Shown one piece after another: positions 1-9,386 of a stretch of DNA of 64,000 bases (position 1 is the stretch's first letter; every line of letters begins with the position of its first letter). Source of the stretch: Tubiluchus corallicola. Its lineage: Eukaryota > Animalia > Priapulida. The DNA is taken from NCBI GenBank assembly GCA_030141605.1, contig JAQGDQ010000324.1, positions 145,125 through 209,124 of the forward strand, in the 5' to 3' direction. The notes beneath the pieces were generated by a model, which ran no database searches, was not told where the DNA came from, and saw nothing but the letters and a program-made list of their open reading frames with translations. The position numbers and the translations under genes were made by a program.

Positions 1-517
1 GGCTTTGAGTGTGTAAAACAAAGAAATCAAGCTAGGTATGAAGATCAGCTAATCACATAAATGTAATTTACTTATGTACCTTTCCTCATACAAAATAGTA
101 CGTAATGTGTCTGCTATGTTCCTTTTTTTCATGTGCAGGTTTTCTTAAATTACAAGCTACTTAACTGCCTTAGATGGATACAACAATTGTTTAATACTCC
201 AGCACTAATTTTTACTAATCCATATATTACAGAATGTCTAATTCTCATAGAAGAATTTCAACTGCATTTATAGTTTATTGCAACTACATCTGTGCCAACT
301 GCAAACTGCGGGAAATCCGTATTAGATGTTCTATTTAATCTGTTGCATCGTCATAAAATAACAAACTCGTTACCAAGGGATACAGCGGTTAGTTGTAGGT
401 TACCTAGGATCTGGGTTTCTTGGATAATGCAAACAGCAAAATGAGACCATAAGGTGCCAGGCACTCATCAAATTTAAGAATCGTTCCTGAAGGAAGGGTA
501 CAAGCTGGACCTGTGAA

Positions 518-866
518 ATGGATCGTAAGTAACATTACCTGTTAGCTTTACTACTTTGAATACCTAATATAAGCTTGTCTATTTGCTAACTTTATCGTTG
601 TCACTTGTACACTTACAGAAGCACAAGTTATTAAATTCACAACTACTTTCAGAAAGAGTTTTTGGTTTGCAGGACCAAGATCTGCCAGTAGTTCCAGGAG
701 GAGACGTTCTAGGGGAAGACGGAGGTCACCACAAAGGCGCCACCGCAGTCAAAGTGGCAGATCCAGAACTAAAAGATCTCAAAGTCGTAGAAAAAGCAAG
801 AGCAGAATACGCAAGGCCAGGCCAGGTACGAAGCCAGGAGGAATATCAAATTGCAAAGTACAGTAG
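518..866 (+). CDS. Arg/Ser-rich protamine-like small protein with C-terminal CaaX (copy 1, 66 aa); join(518..524,673..866)
   Basis: ATGGATC|gtaagt donor at 525 and ttgcag acceptor ending 672. Spliced product MDRPRSASSSRRRRSRGRRRSPQRRHRSQSGRSRTKRSQSRRKSKSRIRKARPGTKPGGISNCKVQ* (21 Arg, 6 Lys, 14 Ser). AATAAA at 1202. Same structure in three paralogues. Confidence 0.85.
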
Positions 867-2289
867 AAAAGAATGGAACCTAAAAGAGCCTAAATACCTA
901 AACCAGTCATACCATTTTGCCAAGTGATTCCATCTGCAAAAATTGGACATAGTTGGAAATATGCGGTTTTTCCCAATATATTTGCTTGCAAGAAAGAGTG
1001 ACAAAAAATTCGATTGTTTCACCCATGAAATAGTGTGCGGTCCAGTGCTGAGAAAAGTAACACAAAAGCTTATTCAAGATGCGATAAGCACTTCTATACA
1101 CAACAGACAGTGTACTTATGGACATCTAAATCAGTTAAAGATGTGACTTCCGTTTTAAAATAGAAACCATGAACTATACTTAAGTTTATAAAACATAGAA
1201 TAATAAATGAAAAATGGAACTTGTTGTTATAAATTTCTGATTTTTAACTCATATATCTGATGTGTTTATTCCTACCAGTAGGAAAGCCAGTAATGGCTGT
1301 TTTTGCTTGGTTGCAGAAAATTCTGACTTTTTGTCCATTTCTTTGTTTTTTTTTACTTTTTTTATTTCCAACATCTCAGCCTACAAGGAATTTGTCAACT
1401 ATTCGATTTAGGAGATGGGCATGTGACAGTGGTTCAGGTGTTTTATATTTTTTTAACCTAAGTACACGGCCAAAGTGATAAAAAAAATTGCGGAAGCCAT
1501 TAGAATTCTAGTGGGTAATATTATTTAAAGGTACTTTCACACATACTGTGTTTCATTTTGGTTAAATTACCACGACGCAGCAGGTGAGAGAGCAAACAGA
1601 ATAGAAACAAAAGCAAAATGTCTGACATTTGTTATCATGGACATTGTAACCACACAATTAAGTTTGAAACAAAGTGCCCCCAGGTTAGATCAAGCCAAAA
1701 AAAGGAAACTATATTGCAGCTCATTCACAGTTAAGCCTTAACACAACTCAATCGCCATTTCATCATTTTCATTTTTAAGCTTTTCAAACACTATCATATT
1801 TTTCATTTCATCTCACTTTCGAGCATAGTTTCAAGGCTTTATACATTTGGTAATTTTCAATTAAGGCACGACGTTAAATTTTCTTACTGGCTTAACTACA
1901 CGAGCAGATCTGACTGTTTGGCAGTTGCAAAAACCACAAAAGGAAAATCTAGTTGGTAAATTCATTTCCACGAAATTCTTCAAAACATTCTGTTTGATTT
2001 GTCTTCCATTATTCCATGAAATGGCTATCGGAGAGAACAAGTTAAAAATAAAATGAGAAACAGAAGAACGAATGATGTTGAAAAAGCGAAACTAAGATCT
2101 ACAAGTGATGGTATCTACATTTTTTAACTTGGTTTCAGGATTTGTGATTTTGCCATGGCTGCCAACACTAGAATAACTTGCTAAGAAGATTACAAATTGG
2201 AAATCACTGTTATTCAATTGTGATGTCATCAATTTCAAATGTCGTTCTTAATTTGTTAACTGATCTAAGGGTACAAGCTTGGGTGATCA

Positions 2290-2520
2290 ACGAAGCGTAA
2301 GTAACTTGGCATGTCTCCACTAGTATTTTGTCTGCCTAGTTTAGTCTACACTGTCTATTTGATAATGTATTTTTTGACACTGTATATTTAATTGTCTACT
2401 TTGTATATTTTACATACCACTTGCACACGTACAGAATCACAAGTTATTGTTTTATTTTCACAAAGCGAATTTTCACCTTACAGGACCAGGATCTCCCTGC
2501 AGTTCTAAAAGCAGGTGCTA
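2290..2520 (+). pseudogene. Start-less, truncated paralogue of the RS-CaaX gene
   Basis: ACGAAGC|gtaagt replaces ATGGATC|gtaagt. Homologous intron to ttacag (2483). Exon 2 starts GACCAGGATCTCCCTGCAGTTCTAAAAGCAGG and is cut after ~35 nt by the upstream region of the next copy. Confidence 0.65.
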
Positions 2521-2618
2521 CAAGCTGGAAATTATCATTGTTCAATTGTGACTTCATCAAATTCAAACGTCATTCTTAATTTGTTAATCGAAGGAAGGGT
2601 ACAAGCTGGACTAGTGAA

Positions 2619-2741
2619 ATGGCTCGTAAGTAACACTGCCTGTCAGCTCTAGTGTTTTATCTACCTAATCTAGTTTACTTTGTCTATTTGCTAGCCTTAT
2701 CTCTGTCACTTGTACACCTATAGAACCACAAGTTATAGTTT
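2619..2741 (+). pseudogene. Orphan first exon (ATGGCTC|gtaagt) with a partial intron of copy-3 type
   Basis: Matches 5062-5185 and is interrupted at the duplication junction (~2742). Confidence 0.6.
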
Positions 2742-2959
2742 GTGCAAACTGCGGGAAATCCGTATTAGATGTTCTATTTAATCTGTTGCACTGTCATAAA
2801 ATAATAAACTCGTTACCAAGGATACAGCGGTTAGTTCTAGGTTACCTAGGATTTGGGTTTCTTGGATACTGCAAACAGCAAAATGATACCATAAGGTGCC
2901 AGGCACTCATCAAATTTAAGAATCGTTCCTGAAGGAAGGGTACAAGCTGGACCTGTGAA

Positions 2960-3314
2960 ATGGATCGTAAGTAACATTACCTGTTAGCTATACTACTTTG
3001 AATACCTAATATAAGCTTGTCTATTTGCTAACTTTATCGTTGTCACTTGTACACTTACAGAAGCACAAGCTATTAAATTCACAACTACTTTCAGAAAGAG
3101 TTTTTGGTTTGCAGGACCAAGATCTCCCAGTAGTTCCAGGAGGAGACGTTCTAGGGGAAGACGGAGGTCACCACAAAGGCGTCACCAAAGTCAATGTGGC
3201 AGATCAAGAGCTAGAAGACCCCGAAGTCGTGGAAGAAACAAGAGTAGAACACAAGTGGCCAAATCACGTAAAGATCCATATACAGAGGTCGATCCAAATT
3301 GCAATATACAGTAG
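2960..3314 (+). CDS. Arg/Ser-rich protamine-like CaaX protein (copy 2, 68 aa); join(2960..2966,3115..3314)
   Basis: ATGGATC|gtaagt ... ttgcag|GACC. Product MDRPRSPSSSRRRRSRGRRRSPQRRHQSQCGRSRARRPRSRGRNKSRTQVAKSRKDPYTEVDPNCNIQ*. AATAAA at 3643. Confidence 0.85.
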
Positions 3315-4737
3315 AAATCACTGAAGGAGCCTGAAAGAGACTAAATGCCTAAAACCAGTCATACCATTTTGTCAAAAGATTCCATCTGCAAAAATTGGAC
3401 ATAGGTGGAAATATACGGTTTTTTGCTTGCAACAAAGTGTGACAAAAAATTCATTTGTTTCACCCATGAAATAGTGTGCTGTCCAGTGCTGAGAAAAGTA
3501 ACACAAAAGCTTATTCAAGATGCGATAAGCACTTCTATACACAACAGACAGTGTACTTATGGACATCTAAATCAGTTAAAGATGTGACTTCCGTTTTAAA
3601 ATAGAAACCATGAACTATACTTAAGTTTATAAAACATAGAATAATAAATGAAAAATGGAACTTGTTGTTATAAATTTCTGATTTTTAACTCATATATCTG
3701 ATCTGTTTATTCCTACCAGTAGGAAAGCCAGTAATGGCTGTTTTTGCTTGGTTGCAGAAAATTCTGACTTTTTGTCCATTTCTTTGTTTTTTTTACTTTT
3801 TTTATTTCCAACATCTCAGCCTACAAGGAATTTGTCAACTATTCGATTTAGGAGATGGGCATGTGACAGTGGTTCAGGTGTTTTATATTTTTTTAACCTA
3901 AGTACACGGCCAAAGTGATAAAAAAAATTGCGGAAGCCATTAGAATTCTAGTGGGTAATATTATTTAAAGGTACTTTCACACATGCTGTGTTTCATTTTG
4001 GTTAAATTATCACGACGTAGCAGGTGAGAGAGCAAACAGAATAGAAACAAAAGCAAAATGTCTGACATTTGTTATCATGGACATTGTAACCACACAATTA
4101 AGTTTGAAACAAAGTGCCCCCAGTTTAGATCAAGCCAAAAAAAGGAAACTATATTGCAGCTCATTCACATTTAAGTCTTAACACAACTCAATCCCCATTT
4201 CATCATTTTCATTTTTGAGACTTTTTCAAACACTATCATTTTTTTTTATTTCATTTCATCTCACTTTCGAGCATAGTTTCAAGGCTTTATACATTAGGTA
4301 GTTTTCAATTAAGGCACGACGTTAAATTTTCTTACTGGCTTAACTACATGAGCAGAACTGACTACTTGGCAGTTGCAAAAACCACAAAAGGAAAATCTAG
4401 TTGGCAAATTCATTTCCACGAAATTCTTCAAAATATTGTGTTTGATTTGTCTTCGATTATTCCATGAAATGGCTATCAGAGAGAACAAGTTAAAAATATA
4501 ATGAGAAACAGAAGAACGAACAATGTTGAAAAAGCGAAACTAAGACCTACAAGTGATGGTATCTACATTTTTTAACTTGGTTTCAGAATTTGTGATTTTG
4601 CCATGGCTGCCAACACTAGAATAACTTGCTAAGAATATTACAAATTGGAAATCACTGTTATTCAATTGTGATGTCATCAATTTCAACTGTCGTTCTTAAT
4701 TTGTTAACTGATCTAAGGGTACAAGTTTGGGTGATCA

Positions 4738-4968
4738 ACGAAGCGTAAGTAACTTGGCATGTCTCCACTAGTATTTTGTCTGCCTAGTTTAGTCTACACT
4801 GTCTATTTGATAATGTATTTTTTGACATTGTATATTTAGTTGTCTACTTTGTATATTTTACATACCACTTGCACACGTACAGAATCACAAGCTATTGTTT
4901 TATTTTCACAAAGCGAGTTTTCACCTTACAGGACCAGGATCTCCCTGCAGTTCTAAAAGCAGGTGCTA
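4738..4968 (+). pseudogene. Start-less, truncated paralogue of the RS-CaaX gene
   Basis: Near-identical to 2290-2520 (ACGAAGC|gtaagt; ttacag|GACCAGGATC at 4932). Confidence 0.65.
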
Positions 4969-4996
4969 CAAGCTGGAAATTATCATTGTTCAATTG

Positions 4997-5004
4997 TGAC
5001 TTCA
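4997..5004 (+). promoter_or_regulatory. CRE-like octamer upstream of copy 3
   Basis: TGACTTCA 65 nt before the ATG. Equivalent sites: TGAGGTCA at 11192, TGACTTCA at 2549, TGATGTCA at 2221. Each is followed by TCTTAAT. Confidence 0.4.
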
Positions 5005-5061
5005 TCAAATTCAAATGTCATTCTTAATTTGTTAACCGAAGGGTACAGCTGGACTAGTGAA

Positions 5062-5423
5062 ATGGCTCGTAAGTAACACTGCCTGTCAGCTCTAGTGTTT
5101 TATCTACCTAATCTAGTTTACTTTGTCTATTTGCTAGCCATATCTCTGTCACTTGTACACCTATAGAACCACAAGTTATAGTTTCACAACTACTTTCAGA
5201 AAGAGTTTTCACTTTTCACTTTGCAGGACCTAGATCTCCCAGTGGTTCCAGAAGCAGGCGTTCCAGGGGAAGACAGAGGTCAACAGAAAGACGTCACCGT
5301 AGTCGAAGTGGCAGATCAAGAGCTAGAAGATCCCAAAGTCGTGGAAGAAGCAAGAGTAGACCCAAAGTGGCCAAATCAGGTGATGCATGGCGAAATATCA
5401 ATCCAGGTTGCAATATACAGTAG
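5062..5423 (+). CDS. Arg/Ser-rich protamine-like CaaX protein (copy 3, 67 aa); join(5062..5068,5227..5423)
   Basis: ATGGCTC|gtaagt ... ttgcag|GACC. Product MARPRSPSGSRSRRSRGRQRSTERRHRSRSGRSRARRSQSRGRSKSRPKVAKSGDAWRNINPGCNIQ*. AATAAA at 5761. Confidence 0.85.
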
Positions 5424-6724
5424 AAATGACTGAAGACGCCTAAAAAAGACTAAATGCCTAAAAACCAACCATACCATTTTGTCAAAGAATGCCACCTGTA
5501 AAAATTGGACATTACTGGAATTTTCCCCCTTAATGTTTGCTTGCAATAAGAAATGACAAAAAACAAATTGTCTTACCTCACTGCAAAGTCGTGTAGTCCA
5601 GGACTGAGAAAAGTAACTCAAAAGTTTACTCAAGACATAAGAAGCATTTCTTCCATACACCAAAGACAGTACGCTTATGGACATTTAAATCAGTTAAAGA
5701 TGTGAATTCCATTTTAAAATAGAAACCATGTACTACACGTAAGTTCATAAAACATAGAATAATAAACGAAAAATGTTCTATTGGAACTTGTTGTTATAAA
5801 TTTCTGATTTTTAACTCATATGTCTGATCTGTTTATTCTTACCAGTAGGAAAGCCAATAAAGGCTGTTTTTGCCAGGTTGCAAAAAATTCCGACTTTTTG
5901 TCCATTTCTTTGTCTTTTTACTTTTTCTATTTCCAACATTCCTGCATACAGGGAATTTGTCAAGTATTCGAATCAGCATATGGGCATGTGACAGTGGCCC
6001 AGGTGTTTTAAATTTTTTTCTTACCTAAGCATACAGCGAAATAGATAAAAAACTGCAGAAGCTACGAGAATTCTAGAGGGTAATACTATTCAAGGGTACT
6101 TTCACACATGCTGTGTTTCACTTTGGTTAAATTATCACCACCCAGCAGGTAAGAGAGCAAACAGAATAGAAAGTCAGACATTCATTACCAAGCAGCCAAT
6201 TAAGTATGAAGCAAGATGATTCATACTTACTTCGAGTCCAGATTTCATTAAGGAAGCCATGAAATTTAATAAAATTAGTGTGACATTTTAAGTTACAGTT
6301 AGCTCTTTTAATCAAAGAAAACTTGTTTTTACGTTAAATTAGACTTTTAAGGGAAAATATACAAAAAGAGCAATGACATACTCCTCTCCTCACAATAGAA
6401 ACAAAATGAATAGATTGATTGTAGAAGAATACACAAAAATAATTTCGCAAGGTTCTTGCGCATCAATGCTATCTCTGCTTTGACGTCGTTCCCGAAAGTA
6501 ACCGGTTTTCATTTTCTTCCTGCTGTTTTTCTTACTTCTTCAAATTCTGTTTATTTTCACATCAAGGTCCCAGATAGCTCAGCAGTGTATCACAGTATTA
6601 TTTTGGTCAATCAGTCTGACGAGTAGTCTGACGAGAAACTACACAGGATGACTTAGAGTTTAGTGAACATAGCATATCAATTTTTAATGCATAATCAAAG
6701 TGGTAACGGTCGTTGTTGTCATTA

Positions 6725-7010
6725 CCAGATGGAATAGTTTAATGGTAAATGTCCACTTTCCATCTGGAAGGTTGTGAGTTCAATACTGTGGCCAGTTAAT
6801 ACTGAAATACTTTAAAAATGGTACAGTGCTGTTGCCCTGCCTGGCAGGTAGTATTTAGGGTAAAAGTGGGGTAATAATAGTCTCTTTTATGTAGTTGTAG
6901 TTTGTTATTTACAGTCGGAGATAAAAGCCTCAGGCTGGCAGGCTTGCGTTGTCTGTTGAATTTAAAGCTGACTTTAAATAAAGGTTATTGTTATTATTAT
7001 TATTATTATT
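6725..7010 (+). mobile_element. tRNA-derived SINE, MetaSINE-like
   Basis: A box (TAGTTTAATGG), B box (GAGTTCAATAC), core AAATACTTTAAAAATGGTAC..GCTG, then AATAAA and a (TTA)n tail. Confidence 0.55.
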
Positions 7011-9083
7011 TACATGTGTGTTTTATATTTATATTATGGGAATTATCCAAAAAACTATATTAATGTTTTTCAAATTTCAAAACGTTAAGCCATGCTTACT
7101 TTTCTGTGCTACACTACACTATACCGCCAAGGCACATTACACTATAGTTTATTACACATAAGTGCCAAAATGCACGTAGCTTTATGCATCCCAATCTTGT
7201 AATTTGCTGCCAATTAGTCCATTCATTGTTAACACCTGTAATCAGTACTTGGACAGGTGAGTTAATCAGCTCGTTATATGAAAAAGTAACGAAACGTTAT
7301 GTCGCAGGTTACAAAAGCCAAGCATGAAGGTTTCGTTCTTGAAGACTTGCAGAACAACTGGTTTTTGAAGTCATAATGATTTAAAGAAAAAGAGAATATA
7401 TTTCGTACGCTGATCTATTCCATATATGGTAAAAAGTATTCTTTTTAACATCTGTAATAATGCCAAGGCATTTGTGATAATTAAATAGTAGATTAACAAT
7501 TTGATTACTGGCTGCATAGCCTAGCTAGTGATGACATCACAATTGAACATAATTTTCAACAGCACAAACATTCCACGAGCGTGCTGCATATCATTGCGAA
7601 ATCAAAACTGACGCACAGTGCTACTGTACAACAATCAGTATTACATAAAAGAACTCAGAAAATTTTAAGTCTAAAATTCAAATTTCAAGTTTAGCGCTAT
7701 GCTCATGTACGAGTTCTCGAACACGTGCACTACATCGCAACTGAATATCCTCTGAAGTGAGAGGTATGGAGCTTGTTTTTATGCAATGCGTTTCCGTGAC
7801 TGGGAAGCTGAGCTATGAGAACGCTTTTTATATCATTATTCTAAATACGGCGCAATGCAAGTTAACTTATTGGAAAAATCAAGGTTGGGCTTATTCTAAT
7901 GTACGGGGAAATTGGTTGAGAGTTTCAGCAATAAAAGTCCGATAAGCAACTCGTGTTTTTAATCACTTTAAAATCGCCTTCATTTCGTACCTGAGCGTAA
8001 TATTGTTGAACGAGTAATGACAGTGCGTCCTGATTTTTGATCTGTTTATTCTTACCAGTAGGAAAACCAGTAATGGCTGTTTTTGCTTGGTTGCAGAAAA
8101 TTCGGACTTTTTGTCCATTTCTTTGTTTTTTTTACTTTTTTATTTCCAACATCTCAGCCTACAAGGAATTTGTCAACTATTCGATTTAGGAGATGGGCAT
8201 CTGACAGTGGCCCAGGTGTTTTATATATTTTTAACCTAAGCACACTGCAAAGTGATAAAAAAATTGCGGAAGCCATTAGAATTCTAGTGTATGTATTATT
8301 TAAGGGTACATTCACACATGCTGTGTTTCATTTTGGTTAAATTATCACGACGTAGCAGGTGAGAGAGCAAACAGAATCGAAACAAAAGCAAAATGTCTGA
8401 CATTTGTTATCATGGATATTGTAACCACACAATTAAGTTTGAAACAAAGTGCCCCCAGTTTCGATCAAGCCAAAAAAGGAAACTATAATGCAGCTCATTC
8501 ACATTTAAGTCTTAACACAACTCAATCCCCATTTCATCATTTTCATTTTTGAGACTTTTTCAAACACTATCATTTTTTTTATTTCATTTCATCTCACTTT
8601 CGTGCATAGTTTCAAGGCTTTATACATTAGGTAGATTTCAATTAAGGCACAACGTTAAATTTTCTTACTGGCTTAACTACAGGAGCCGAACTGACTATTT
8701 GGCAGTTGCAAAAACCACAAAAGGAAAATCTAGTTGGTAAATTCATTTCCACGAAATTCTTCAAAACATTCTGTTTGATTTGTCTTCGATTATTCCATGA
8801 AATGGCTATTGGAGAGAACAAGTTAAAAATATAATGAGAAACAGAAGAACGAATAATGTTGAAAAAGCAAAACTAAGAACCACAAGTGATGGTATCTACA
8901 TTTTTTAACTTGGTTTCAGGATTTGTGATTTTGGCATGGCAAAATACTAAAGCTAAAAACACTAGAATAACTTGCTAAGAAGATTACAAATTGGAAATCA
9001 CTGTTATTCAATTGTGATGTCATCAAATTCAAATGTCGTTCTTAATTTGTTAACTGATCTAAGGGTACAAGCTTGGGTGATCA

Positions 9084-9314
9084 ACGAAGCGTACGTAACT
9101 TGGCATGTTTCCACTAGTATTTTATCTGCCTAGTTTAGTCTACACTGTCTATTTGATAATGTATTTTTTGACACTGTATATTTAATTGTCTACTTTGTAT
9201 ATTTTACATGTCACTTGCACACGTACATAATCACAAGTTATTGTTTTATTTTCACAAAGCGAGTTTTCACCTTACAGAACCAAGATCTCCCTGCAGTTCC
9301 AAAAGCAGGTGCTA
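9084..9314 (+). pseudogene. Start-less, truncated paralogue of the RS-CaaX gene
   Basis: ACGAAGC|gtacgt; ttacag|AACCAAGATCTCCC at 9278; truncated like the other two. Confidence 0.6.
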
Positions 9315-9386
9315 CAAGCTGGAAATTATCATTGTTCGATTGTGACTTCATCAAATTCAAACGTCATTCTTAATTTGTTTCTCCCT

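Larger units (their letters stand above)
300..5185. repeat. Tandem segmental duplication, ~2.44 kb unit (300-2741 and 2743-5185)
   Basis: Near-identical sequence at a constant offset of ~2442 (e.g. ATG 518 and 2960). A third partial copy lies at ~8040-9378. Confidence 0.9.

Noticed and set aside
369-388. GTTACCAAGGGATACAGCGG resembles a mitochondrial 16S rRNA motif
   Set aside because: Only ~20 nt with mismatches, and the flanks do not continue the similarity; not enough for a NUMT or rRNA call.
583-927. ORF-track proteins in the acidic frame (QDLPVVPGGDVLGEDGG...; also 3025, 5221, 11434)
   Set aside because: They start at TTG inside the intron and their stops vary. The frame stays open because Arg/Ser codons rarely create stops in it. 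The spliced ATG frame gives the conserved RS-CaaX product.
6616-6645. CTGACGAG..CTGACGAGAAAC as a hammerhead ribozyme
   Set aside because: No closing pair for stem II and no clear stem I; looks like a short direct duplication.
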